Shown: in pieces, positions 23,711-37,700 of the stretch
How the letters are laid out: the number at the start of each line of letters is the position of its first letter
Numbering within the stretch: position 1 is the first letter of the stretch
NCBI GenBank assembly: GCA_002269645.1
Contig: NIVC01003890.1
Span: 7,222-71,221 of the forward strand
Length of the DNA stretch: 64,000 bases
Origin: Macrostomum lignano
Taxonomy: Eukaryota
Reading direction: 5' to 3'
Notes under the pieces: model-generated
What the model was told of the DNA's origin: nothing
Databases searched by the model: none
Seen by the model: only the letters and a program-made list of their open reading frames with translations
Translations under genes and position numbers: made by a program

Positions 23711-24314
23711 CAGGGCGTCGCTACCGGTGGAACAGGGGGGACATGCCAATGCTTTGTCCCCCCACCCCACCTTGTGACCCGTTATGGAAATCAATAATTT
23801 TGCTTCAGGGCGACAAAACATAGTGCCTGCGGCACCAAAATGAGTGCCTGCGGCACCAAAATGAGTGCCTGCGGCACCAAAATGAGTGCCTGCGGCACCA
23901 AAATGAGTGCCTGCGGCACCAAAATGAGTGCCTGCGGCGCCAAAATGAGTGCCTGCGGCACCAAAATGAGTGCCTGCGGCACCAAAATGAGTGCCTGCGG
24001 CACCAAAATGAGTGCCTGTGGCGCCAAAATGAGTGCCTGTGGCGCCAAAATGAGTGCCTGCGGCGCCAAAATGAGTGCCTGCGGCGCCAAAATGAGTGCC
24101 TGCGGCGCTAAAATGAGTGCCTGTGGCGCCAAAATGAGTGCCTGTGGCGCCAAAATGAGTGCCTGCGGCGCCAAAATGAGTGCCTGCGGCGCCAAAATGA
24201 GCGCTGACAACACCGATTTTGAAAATATTGTACATGTAGGAATTAAGTCATGTACATGTACATGTAGAATTATTGGCTTTGCACTCCACCGTAAAATTCA
24301 TGGCGACGCCCCTG
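23711..24314. mobile_element. hAT-like MITE (604 bp) with internal 21-bp tandem array
   Basis: TIRs CAGGG-CGTCGCTA (23711) and the reverse complement of the right end CAGGGGCGTCGCCA (24314). Flanking 8-mers CATATCAT/GATATCAT (7/8) form an 8-bp TSD. Internal array CAAAATGAGTGCCTGCGGCAC x~18 (23820-24203). Confidence 0.8.
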
Positions 24315-24899
24315 GATATCATCATCATCACCTAGGTAAGACTAAGGACCATTGGGTATATCTGAATATTAAAATTTTATTTTGGAAAATTTAATTTTGA
24401 GAGAGCAATTTTGTTTAAAAAATGCATTAGCAAGATTGCGATTTTTCCCGATTAATTCCAGCTAACTCAACAAGGGCGGGCGAGGCTTGCCAACGTCTGA
24501 AGTGATTATTGTGAGTATAAATTCAGCATGAATTTGATTGCGAGTTGGTTGGCTTAAAAATATGCAAAAACATTAAATTGCGCTCGAGTGTCGTCCACTC
24601 TGACTTCACAAAAAACTGAATAGAAGGATGATACCACTTGGGCACGGCCATAGACTACAGAAAGGTAATTTATTTGCTGCATTAGTCTATGGTAGAAAGC
24701 GTGAAAGCGGAGGGACTACAATTGAACTCAAACTTTAAACTCAACCCCACTAGACTGACTGTACTGTAATCCCTCTTGATGTCTTTACGCTTTCGAGTTG
24801 GTCTTCGAATATGGTGCTAACGAGAGACCTGACATCAGAACCTTGATTCTTTCATCATCAGATTGACTGTCACTGATCTATGTCTTAACTTCAATATGC

Positions 24900-25288
24900 T
24901 CTGTCTCTGTCTGTGCCATCAATTTATTTTTTTTATTAGAGACTGTGGGTTGTGTGCACCCTGGCGCACTTTAAGCGACATAGGCACACAACCGGCGAGA
25001 GGCATTACTGCCCATTCCGCCGACTCCCCTGAGCAGGCAAACAAGCGCGCGGATACGTACGCAGGCACACACTCACACAGGAGTGTACAGCGGCCCTAAC
25101 TTATATTATCGTTAGGCATGTACACTTCACTGCGCCTTGGGGGTTTGGCTCTCAAGGCCGTTAATTGCACGAGCAGAGCCAAGCCGAGATTCCAATTCAG
25201 CCTCAAAATTAATGTGACTGCACTTGGAATCGAGCCTGGGTCGCTGGCACACCAGAGCCTGCGCTAGACCGCTGGGCTACGGCCCCCC
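24900..25288 (-). mobile_element. tRNA-derived SINE (family B)
   Basis: Minus strand starts GGGGGCCGTAGCCCAGCGGTCTAGCG (A-box TAGCCCAGCGG), with B-box GGCTCGATTCC (25226-25236), a non-tRNA body and an A-rich/GACAGA tail near 24900-24940. 3' end approximate. Confidence 0.75.
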
Positions 25289-25914
25289 TTTCTGTGCCAT
25301 GAAACCATAGACTGTGTTTCGACCATAGACTTGTAATATTCTGTCATTTTTACTATGAGTGACGTATCCAGAAGTACTGGTAAACTACTCGTCACTTCTT
25401 CTACCACCAAAACCAGCGAGTTATCTCTACTTAACAATATTGTCAATTAAGTACAAAAACCGAAGAAAAGTTCATTTAATGCATTTTGCAGAAGCAGATC
25501 GCGTTCTTCTGCTTATGTAGCCTCATTTCCAGATTTCTCACTCCAGATGTCCATGGTTCTGCAAACCAAATTTCCCAGAAGAAAAATATTTTATGCTCCT
25601 TCCGGGAATTCGCTGCTGAACTCAATAAACAACTGTATCTTCTGATTGCTATATTATATTCTCTCATATATCGTCATGAATCTTCTTGAAACCCTAAACA
25701 CTATTCTATATATATATAGTTCTGCTTCTTCTCCTAGTGGAAGACACATTTTCTGCTCTGCTGGTTCTCACGATCGTCAATGAAGGAATTATTGCCTATC
25801 ATAAATCATAAATACGTACCACAGGGTACAGCTAGCATTCCATTATTTTGATTGGGATATTTTCTGTTAATTATAGTTATTACTTAGCAAGCTTTAATAC
25901 ATACTACGGAGATA

Positions 25915-26350
25915 GGGTAAATAGATCTGACAAATATAGGCCTATAGATCTGACAAATATAGGCCTATAGATCTGACAATCTAGGTCTATAGATCTGACT
26001 AATATAGGCCTATAGATCTCACCTACATAGGTATATATATCTGACTAATATGGGTCAATAGATCTGACTAATATACTTCTATAGATCTGACTGATCTAAG
26101 TCTATAGATCTGACTATTATAGGTCTATATATCTGACTAATATAGGTCTATAGACCCGGCTAATATAGATCTATAGATCTGACTAATATAGGTCTATAGA
26201 TCTGACTAATATAGGTCTATAGATCTGACTAATATGTCTATAGATCTAACTAGCATCTATAGATCTAACTATAGATCTGACTAATATACATGTAGGTCGA
26301 TAGGTCTGACTAATCTAGGTCTGTAGATCTGACTAATATAGACCTATAGA
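25915..26350. repeat. ~23-bp minisatellite
   Basis: Unit TATAGATCTGACTAATATAGGTC with variants. Confidence 0.9.
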
Positions 26351-26597
26351 TCTGATTATTTTTTTCAAAAGAACTTTTTAATAAGATTTAACAAGCATTC
26401 TATAGGTATTTCCTATAGAACGATCTGATTTGTTCGAATGCAGAAAGTCCCAGTCCATTATCGCCTTAGACTATACAAGGCTGTTTCATAAAATGCCCAA
26501 CTTCAACGGACATTCAATACCTTGGAGCTGCTAGTGCACTAATGCACAGACACTTGACCCCGATGGCTTGTGAAAAAACTGCAGGTAAATGGCGTCT

Positions 26598-27370
<773 letters not shown>

Positions 27371-28261
27371 GCTCACCGCTTGTACTTCAAAGTGCAGGTT
27401 CTTCAAAGTGTGCCCTTTATCTGATCTAAGCACTCTTGTGAAAGTTAGTGCAGATTTCCTTTATTTCTATCCTTTCCTTTGTCTAGTCTGCATCAGCCGC
27501 TGGCTCAGGCAGAAGGATGTGGGGTATTAATGGCAGGGATTTTAATGTGGACTGACGCTGATTGGACGCCTTGACTTGAGAATTTCTGGGATTCGCAGGT
27601 TTCATCCCAAAGAAAATACATATTTCCCCGCGAAGGATGTTAGGGAAAGAACTAGCCTATAGTAAATTCCAATTTATACAATTTGGTGAAATTAATCCAG
27701 ATCACTCTATCTGAATTCGACAAAAGCTGAAAGCGGCCATTGTGGTGAGTACATACAGGTACAGTGCATGCATTTCCACTGCACAAGCTGATTTTGGCAA
27801 GGTTAATAATTAATTTAGTTTGAGAGCCTCACTGCTAGTTCATACTCGCCTCTCACCTCTCCCCGAGGCTTCCGTTTGTGCTGCGGATTCATACAGCAAT
27901 TAGCACCAATTTTCGCCGAACTGCAGGTAATAAAAATTAACAAGGTGAAACGCGTGTAACGGCTGACTTGGGTAATTTAATTAGGACAGAGTATTGTGCT
28001 AAAAAATCTTATTTGCAATGTAAACTGGTTTTTACACCTCTAGGGCGATTTAATCTTTTTCCATGTATTCTATTTTTTGTTTTAATGTTACAAAAAAATA
28101 ACCAATTGAAAGCTATAGAAATTTGTTAAGAAAGTTAAATTAATTTGTTGTAAAAATAGAGACATGAATAATAAGCAGTGTAAACTTAAAAACGCAAATC
28201 TAAAAATAGCTTTTTATAATATTTTGTCGGGCTTGATTACTTAAAGTACATATAAGATATA

Positions 28262-28515
28262 AATGTACATTGGTTAGCATTAACTGGGCAGAGATCGTCT
28301 CTGCTAAATTTATATCAAACCCGAATGTACATTGGTTAGCATTAACTGGGCAGAGATCGTCTCTGCTAAATTTATATCAAACCCGAATGTACATTGGTTA
28401 GCATTAACTGGGCAGAGATCGTCTCTGCTAAATTTATATCAAACCCGAATGTACATTGGTTAGCATTAACTGGGCAGAGATCGTCTCTGCTAAATTTATA
28501 TCAAACCCGAATGTA
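28262..28515. repeat. 62-bp tandem repeat, 4 copies
   Basis: Unit starts AATGTACATTGGTTAGC at 28262, 28324, 28386, 28448; contains the hairpin GCAGAGA-tcg-TCTCTGC. Confidence 0.95.
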
Positions 28516-28767
28516 CATTATTAGCAGATCTGGGGAGTCAAAAACAAAAAAGTCAGCGTTTTTTGCAGATACAGTTGGCAAGGCCCTGTCTATGCGCATG
28601 CAAGTTTAATTGTTCGTCACGTGATGTTTACTTAAGTCACGAGCATAGTTTGCGATGTACAAGTACACGTACGTGTGTTCTATCTATTTTTAGCATCCAA
28701 GTAACGAGATAACGTGTACATTTATGTAACATGACACTCATCGATAAAGCGTTTCCAATCCATGCGT

Positions 28768-31700
28768 CTACTTTCTACCATAGACGTCGAGGCTTCGGGC
28801 CCGGTCGAGAGCCTGGCGGAACAGCTGGTGCTCGCGACGCTCTCGCAGCTGGCAGGGCACAAAGCCGCGCATGTCGGCCAGGGTCTCAAGCTGATCAGCC
28901 AATGGTATGACCACCGGAGAACTCCGAGTGAGCAGCTGAATGTAGGCATTGCCTTCTAAGTCGGGCAGTAGATAGGCGTAGTGCAGCGGGGTTAGGCCTT
29001 CCTGTTTAAGGTTTGGAAATATGAAATATGAAATATGAAGGAATTGAAGGAAGAAATATCCATAAATATTCCATAAAATTCTAAATTATCCTACTCTAAG
29101 TAGACAAGCTGCGAATATTCTATCGGAAATTTTCTTACATTATCGGCCATAGCCGCCTGCTGGGGCCGTTCGGCCAGAATCCACAGCGCCATCTCGTAGC
29201 GATTGCAGGCGACCGCCCGAATCAGCGCCGAGTAGCCGTTGACATCGCGATAGTCGACTTCGTTCAGAGCTTTCATCTTTTCCAAGTCGTCTTGGCGGAT
29301 GGCTTCAAAAAGCTCGCCGCACGATTTCTATAATGTATTTAAATTGCAGATGTGCACTCGCTGGGAAGGAAAGTGAGGCACCAGAGGCGCCAGCACCAGA
29401 GGCGCCAGCACCAGAGGCGCCAGCACCAGAGGCGCCAGCACCAGAGGCGCCAGCACCAGAGGCGCCAGCACCAGAGGCGCCAGCACCAGAGGCGCCAGCA
29501 CCAGAGGCGCCAGCACCAGAGGCGCCAGCACCAGAGGCGCCAGCACCAGAGGCGCCAGCACCAGAGGCGCCAGCACCAGAGGCGCCAGCACCAGAGGCGC
29601 CAGCACCAGAGGCGCCAGCACCAGAGGCGCCAGCACCAGAGGCGCCAGCACCAGAGGCGCCAGCACCAGAGGCGCCAGCACCAGAGGCGCCAGCACCAGA
29701 GGCGCCAGCACCAGAGGCGCCAGCACCAGAGGCGCCAGCACCAGAGGCGCCAGCACCAGAGGCACTAGAGGCTCCCTGGCTAAAACCCTGAAGTACTACC
29801 GGTTCCCAGATACTAGAAGTGCATTTACTGAACTCACCTCAACCAGCTGAATGCGGCTGAGAAACTGCTCCTTCACGGGATCTTTTGAGCCGCTAGTCGG
29901 GCCGAAATTCGCCGCCCCATAGAAGTTGGTTGCCAGCGTCATCAGGAGGCCCTTAGCTGGGCGGGACTTCGACTGGCGAAACAACTCGTCGATCACCGAG
30001 TCCATGGCTTCGGCGAGGTCGCGACGTCCCAGCCGGACGGCCATCTCGCGCGGAGTGCGCAGCTCGCAGGAGAACGGCAGCCGGTCCTTCAGCAGCAGGA
30101 CGTTCTGGCCTTGACGAGCCTGCAGGACTCTGACGAAGTGCTGCGGCCGGATGTCGGTGCGGATCAGGCGGTGCAGCATTGTGAAGCCATCCTGCGTTGT
30201 GCAGATTGGAGGAGGAGTGCTTGTAACTTTGTAGGAAGATGCAGGACTTCAATATTTCAAGGCAAACAAACATCATAACAAACAATCATCAAGACAGACA
30301 ACCATCAAGACAAACAATCACCAAGACAAACAATCACCAAGATCAACAATCAACAAGACGAACAATCAACAAGACAAACAACCACCAAGACAAACAACAA
30401 CAAGACAAACAACAACAAGACAAACAATCACCAAGACAAACAACCACCAAGACAAACAATCAACAAGACAAACAATCACCAAGACAAACAATCAACAAGA
30501 CAAACAATCACCAAGACAAACAACAAAAAGACAAACAATCACCAAGACGAACAATCAACAAGACAAACAATCAACAAGACAAACAATCACCAAGACAAAC
30601 AATCAACAAGACAAACAATCAACAAGACAAACAATCACCAAGACAAACAATCACCAAGACAAACAACCACCAAGACAAACAATCACCAAGACAAACAATC
30701 AACAAGACAAACGATCAACAAGACAAACAATCACCAAGACAAACAATCAACAAGACAAACAATCACCAAGACAAACAATCAACAAGACAAACGATCAACA
30801 AGACAAACAATCACCAAGACAAACAATCTGTTAAATCGACTAACTCTTCGAAACCGAAAAATAACTAAGTAGGCAAAAATCGGATGCTTGTAGGCTTCAA
30901 TACCTCTGCGTTCTCGCGCAGGCAAAGCAAAACAACCAAGTTAGCAAAAAACACGCTGACCAAAAATCACGCCCTTTTTAATTATTATTTAACGTGGGGT
31001 GGGGTTAGCAAATCGAGGGGGGTTGGCTCATGTACATTAAATAAAGAGCAAATACATGTACAATTAAATAAGTAAAACCCCAAAAATATGACAAAAAATG
31101 AACCTCCAGAACATTCCCCCTTCCTGATTGGGGCCAATCAGCAAAAAAGCAGAAAAAAAAATTGCCTCCTTGAAACTTACGTGCAATTAATTGAAACGGT
31201 TGCAAGCATAATTCGAAAAAACAGTAAACTCCTGTAAACAAAAAAATAAATCGCGCGAAATCAGAAATTAACATTAAGAACGCATGCAATGTGAAGTGTC
31301 AATTGGGATCAAAAGATAGTGTGCCAAATATAAACCTTTGCAATCGCTAGCCAACACAAAAAATCTCTGCTAAGAAACGAACACAAACGAACTCAAAGAT
31401 GCTCAAACGATAATTAGTGAAATAACACGGGATGAAAAATGTCTTGAAAACTTAAATAATCCCTACTGTAAACATATGAAAAATATCAAAGCACAAAAAC
31501 TGCCAAAAGAACTCGCATTCAAGCAAGCAACAGGTCTTTTTACTCAGAATAAAAAAACACAAAATACGCAAAAATAAGCAATCCATCACCACTTCAGCTA
31601 TTAGGAGCAAAAAACGGCAAATAATGACACGAAAAAGATAAATAATTCCAAACACCATAAACTAGCCGTCAAAAAACTACATATTTGAAAAGTTTTGTTT

Positions 31701-34700
31701 AGCAATAAGTCAACAGTCACTATTCACCTCGCTGCAGCACACACAACTTCGTCACGGGTCGCAGCACTGTCCCACCGCCAGTCCGCACCTTGGCCACGCG
31801 CACATGGCCGTCTCGTCCAGGAAATACCTCGAGAACTCGCCCGAGCGGCCAGTGTCCTCGAGGCGCATCCGCTCGTAGCGCCAAGACGATGTCGCCGACG
31901 GCGAGATCCGGCTGCTCCTTGACCCACTTGGATCTGGCGTTGAGTCTTGGCACCCACTCACGCAGCCATCGGTGCCAGAAGTGCCGCACCAGCTCTTGGA
32001 CACGTCGCCACCGCCGGCGCGGGTCGCGGCTGACCTCGGTCGAGACTTCCGTAGCAAAGTCACCACCCAGCTGTCCATGCAAGAAATGGTTTGGCGTCAA
32101 CGGCGTGTCGTCCTTTGGGCTTGCGGTTTGGTATGTCAGCGGCCTGGAATTGATGAGCGCTTCCGCACCTGTGAAGGCGGAATGCAGCTCTTCGTCGGTG
32201 ATGTCAGCGTTGCTAAGGATGGCGCGCACAGCTCGCTTAGCGGCGCGAACCATAACTTCGTGGGCGCCGCCGAAATGGGGCGCCGACGGAGGCTGGAAGC
32301 GCCACTTGATGCCGCGCTCAGCTGCCGCTCTCTGGATTTTGTTCTGCTGCTCGTTTTCGAATTCTCGTAGTTCTCGCTCGCCTTTGACAAAGTTGCCGCC
32401 GTTGTCCGAGTAAACTTCGAGTGGCCGGCCTCTACGGTTGATCATGCGCGCGAAAGCATTCAGAAACGAGTCAGAATCCAAGCTATACGCCATCTCTAGG
32501 TGCACGGCTCTCGTCTCCAAACAGGTGAACAGGGCCAAATACCTCTTCGTTCGCCGTCTTCCGCGTCCTTGTACCGTTTCAAACGGACCACCGAAGTCGA
32601 CTGCCACAAAGCTGAACGCTCGGAGAGAGTTCTTCAGCCTGGCCTCTGGCAGCGGCGCCATCTGCTGCACCTCCGGTCCTGCTTTTTGCCTTCTGCATCG
32701 CGCGCACTCCTTCTCCCATTCTCGAATGGCTTCGCGCCCACCGATCACCCAAAACTTCGTCGACATCGCTGCCAGCGTCTGGTTTGTTCCGCCATGTCCT
32801 TGATCTTCGTGATAGTGCTTCACCAACAACTTCGTGACCCAACTTCGCCTCGGCAGAATGACCGGATGCTTGGACTGATATGACAGATTCTGGTCGAACT
32901 TCAGTCTTCCGTCCACTCGCAGCAGTCCGTCTTCATCAAGAAATGGTTGGAGACAGCGAAGCTGACTGCTGGAGAAGACTGGCTTTCCCCTACGCACCTG
33001 CTGAACTTCTGCTTTGAAAGCTTCTTCCTGAGCCACGCGTAGGATTCGATCCTCAGCTTCTTGCAGCTCCTCGACCTCGAGGTCACCAAGTCGTCTCTCA
33101 TCTCGTGGAAGTCGGCAATTACTGATGAAGCGCTGAACCCATGCTGTCACGCTACGCAGCCTGCGGTAGCTCGAAAATCGCTCTGGATTCAAACGACAAT
33201 CGTTGTCTGTGGTGTCGTTCGACAACAGAGTTACGGCCGCCGATTTACTACTCTTGCTCGCCTCTCGCCGAACTTCTTGATCTCCGTCAACCGATGTCGG
33301 AACTAGCCTTGCCGGCCAGCCATCCTCATCTAGCAGCAGAAACTCTGGTCCCGCGCTCCAGACCGCTGATTGGCAAAGGTCTTTGGCGCTACAGCCTCGC
33401 GATACGGCATCAGCGGGGTTCAGATCGGTCGGCACGTGACGCCACTGACAAGTCTTCACCGCCTCCTGAATGAACGCAACACGATTTGCTACGAACGGCT
33501 TGAAAATTCTACTGCGACCTCGAAGCCACCAGAGCACATTTGCACTGTCACTCCAGAACACCGACTCTCTCAGGTCTAAATCGAGCGCATCTGCCACCGT
33601 CTGGGCAAGTCGCACGCCAAGCACCGCCGCCATGAGCTCGAGTCTGGGGATGCTGCATGCTGCCAATGGAGCTACACGTGCTTTTGCGGCTACAAGACGA
33701 ACACAGATTTCGTCCAGGCTTGTGGCGCTCCTGAGATAGATTACCGCGCCGTAAGCCACCTGAGATGCATCCACAAAGACGTGTAGCACTGCCTTTTTGG
33801 TAGGATCAGGCCATAGACATCGTGGAATTTTCAGCATGCTCAACTCTTCAATCTCCGCTGCCCATTGCGTAGCCTTCGCGGCAACTTGCTGGTCCAAGGG
33901 CTCATCCCAATCCGCTCCATTCTGCCAAATCTCCTGCAGAAGAATTCGCCCGCGAATTGTAAATGGACTCAGAAACCCGCATGGGTCGAACACCATCGCA
34001 ACGCGCTTGAGCAGCTGTCGTTTCGACTCAACGGACACTTCCTTCGCACCTGCATTTCCCGTGATCGCGAGCATATCATCATTGGCTGTCCAAGTCACTC
34101 CCAACGCCTTCGACGTCGCCATTTCTCCACGAAGCACGTGCTGCGCTTTCACCGCTCGATCCTCCGGAGCTACTGTCTCCAACACCTCAGACGCGTTCGA
34201 CATCCATTTTCTCGCACGCATGCCGGCTTTTTCCCACAGAGCTGTCAGTTCGCGGCGCAACTGGATAGCTTCATGGACGCTGTTCACCGAGTCCAAACTG
34301 TCGTCCATGTAGGTCGACTTCAGAATGGTTTCTGACGCTCTTGGAAAAGTTTCCTGATGACTCCTAGCATGCTCCTGCGACACGAACTGAGCAAGAAACG
34401 GCGAACAATTAACTCCAAAAACGACACTCTGAAACTCGAATACCTCAGGTTTGCCCGTTTCGTTCCTGTCTCGCCACAAAAATCGAAAGTAGCGCCGATC
34501 TTCTGGCTTGAGGCGAATTCTAAGGTACATCTCTTCAATGTCGCAAACGATTGCCACTGGACCGCGACGGAATCGAAGGAGCACTTGAAATAGGTCGTTC
34601 TGAAGCTTCGGTCCTGGAAGGATGACGTCATTGAGACTCACTCCTTGGCAGCGCGCGGAAGCATCAAACACGATACGGACTTTGGTGGTGTCCTTGTCTT

Positions 34701-37700
34701 CTCTGATTACCGGAAAATGCGGCAGGTACCATTCGGTGTTTTGAAGCTCACTGCTGTCTTCGACCTTCTTGAGATAACCTTTTTCCAACTGGCCTTCCAA
34801 CACCCCCTGATACGCTTTTGGCAATCCTTCACTCCTCTGCAGTCGCTTCTCCGTGCTGATCAGTCTGCGTTCCGCAGCTTCACGATTGCTCGGCAGAGCA
34901 CGATTTTGAGACTTCCATGGAATGGCTACCTGATATCTTCCTTCCACCACCGACATCGACTCCTTGACTACCGCCACAGCATGCTGCTCATCCGCAGTTA
35001 ACGTCCCTCTTTCGCGGTTCAGCTCAGCTACATCAGGAACTTCCTCGATCGCCCACAACCTTCGAACCTGACTGTCGACCTGATCTTGACACTCGTGGCA
35101 GAGGAACGATTCCCCGCTCTTGCTGCTTCCCTCATCCGAACCTAACTGCCCGATGCAGGTCCATCCAATAGGAGTCAGTCGAGCTATTGGTTCCCCTGGC
35201 ATTCCACAGACTTCTTTGCAAGCCAGATGCATCTCGGCATTGTCGACACCGATAAGCATGTCAACCGTCTTCCGGCTTGATGTTGACTCAAACGGAATGC
35301 CTCTCAGATGCGCCCAGTGCTCCGCCAGTTGACTCCAATCAACTGCCTTCATTCCGCCGGTTACTTTCTCCGCTGTGAAAGCAACAATTTTTGTCTCAAA
35401 CGCTGCATCGACACTCCGGACTGTCACCTCTACAGGCGCTGTTTCAAACGACTCGACTCCTCCGTTGAGCACCTTAACGTTTATGCGCTGAAGTTTACCT
35501 TCCAGTCCCAGCTCTGCTGCTACGTCCGCATTGAGGTACGTGCGCGTACTCGCATCATCAAGCAACGCGTTGATCCGAACTTGGCGCTCACCAGCCACCA
35601 ATATCACCGGCACCGTCCTCAACGCAGTTTCCTTTACGACTTCAGCCAGCATAGTGCGCTCCTTCTTCGTCGCCGCTGATATGTCCTCCGCGGGTTTTCG
35701 TGCCTCTCCTTCGCCGCCTCTCGTCACTGCAGCTGCTGGTTTCGGCTCCCGCTTCTGGTGAAGCATTCGATGGTGTTTTCCTTGGCAACCATCTACGCCA
35801 CAGGTTCTAGACCGCCGACAAGCTAAACCAGAGTGATTGACGCCGAGACAATGAAAGCACAGCTTCTTCTCACGAGCAACGGCCCATCGCTTCACTACAT
35901 CCATCTCCACAAACTTCGGGCACTCCCAGGCGCCATGGCTTCCTTCACAGACACGGCAGTTTTTCTTGCGCTGCTCATCGGCTCTCGTTGACTCCGCGAC
36001 AGCGCCAAAATGCGTTCGAGCTGTTTCCGTGCGCTGCATCCCGCTGAATTTCTTACTTTGCTCCATCTTCCCTGCTCCTGGCCCATTCTGTGCCGCAACT
36101 CCATGCACTGCCTCCATAGCAACCGTCTGATACTCAGCCTCCCGCAGCAGCCATTGATGAAGAGCGCTGAGCGTGTCATTTCTGCCATTCTCCCCGACCC
36201 ATCGGTGGTACCGTGCCAAGGTGTCAGTCGGCAATTTCTTTTGCACGCGAAGATGAAGCAATCCATTGCTGTCTAGTTCAGCTTCACGACCCGCCTCCAT
36301 CAGATTGATAACCGCTACATCCACCAGATCAGCCAGCTTCTTCAACTGAGGCGCACTCTCCGTCACAATGGGCCGAAAACGGTCCAGGTCCTCCAACACT
36401 AGCACCAGCCGGCGCCTCTCTCCTCCATATTCTCTCTCCAACCTATCCAGAGCCGCCTTGTACGCAAATTCAGAATGCCCTAGGTTGGCTATTAGCTTTA
36501 GCGCATCGCCCTGCGGACACTGCCTCAGTTGCAATAGCTTGTACACTCGAGAGGAGGGTGCAGCATCTACACACGCGTAAAAGGCCGCCTTCCACCCTTC
36601 GTATTGACGCTTATCACCTGAGAAACTGGGAATCGCCACCCGCTGCAATTGCCGCCACATGTCCTGACTGACCTGCCTCTCCGCTTCTTCTCTCACCCTC
36701 TGTGTACACTCCTGCTGAACGATTGGCTCTCTGAGTTGCGACTGTACACTGGCTGACTGTGAGGTGGCTGGCCTGGGTGCAGGGTTTTGGTTTATCGATC
36801 GCTCGCCTGACCCCCCTTCGTGGGCAGTCCAATCAGCTTTTTCACTCCTGTCTGGCGCAGCGCTTACACCCACCTCAGCCCCAATCGACTGTTCAGCCAA
36901 ACCTGAACCTGGGCTTGCCCTTTCACACGGGCTCTCTGCCTTAGTGCTGCCAGTAACAATTTTCAGTCGCCTCAGCTCCTCTGCCAACTGCTCATGCCGT
37001 TGTTGATAGTCTCTCTCTAGCTCTCTCTGCACCTCTTCCAACTCCAGCGCTCTGTGCTCTGCGGCTTGCACTTTTCGCTGCTCTTCCTCACGCCTCTGCT
37101 GTTCTTCAGACTCCGCCAAGCGATCCTGTTCCTCCCTCTCAGCTGCTTCGCTTCTGCTACGATCTTTCCAGAACTCGGTCATCAGACCCACAGTCTCACC
37201 GTAGTCCTTTTCAGCATTCTCCAGCTCCTTGATCGTTTGGCGACGCAGTGGCAGGTCGTTTCCGGCGAGCTCCAACAGCTTCTCCAGCTCAGTTGTCACC
37301 GCCTCGAATAGCTTCTCCATGAGAGTCGCTTGCTGTTGTACTTCGGCGCCGTCTTGACCACCAGCAGCGAGTTGTTGTACCAGCCGGTTTCTTCCTTTGG
37401 TGAATGCGGCCTTGGCCCTCGTCTTGGCGGCCTTCGCGTCCATCAGCTTGCGTTCTTCCTCGTCAGCCGGCGGGTAGTTCGACTCGAATTCTTCTCCGTC
37501 CTTTTGCATTTTTCAACCACGCTCTGCTACCAGTTGTTAAATCGACTAACTCTTCGAAACCGAAAAATAACTAAGTAGGCAAAAATCGGATGCTTGTAGG
37601 CTTCAATACCTCTGCGTTCTCGCGCAGGCAAAGCAAAACAACCAAGTTAGCAAAAAACACGCTGACCAAAAATCACGCCCTTTTTAATTATTATTTAACG

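Noticed and set aside
24695-24712. ISRE/IRF site (GAAAGCGTGAAAG) upstream of the dispanin
   Set aside because: The spacer between GAAA cores is 4 nt rather than 2; single occurrence.
31720-37509. Overlapping antisense ORFs or an env gene in the retrotransposon
   Set aside because: The short ORFs are shadows of a GC-rich coding strand, and the 600-bp region between the stop codon and the PPT is AT-rich with no env-like ORF.
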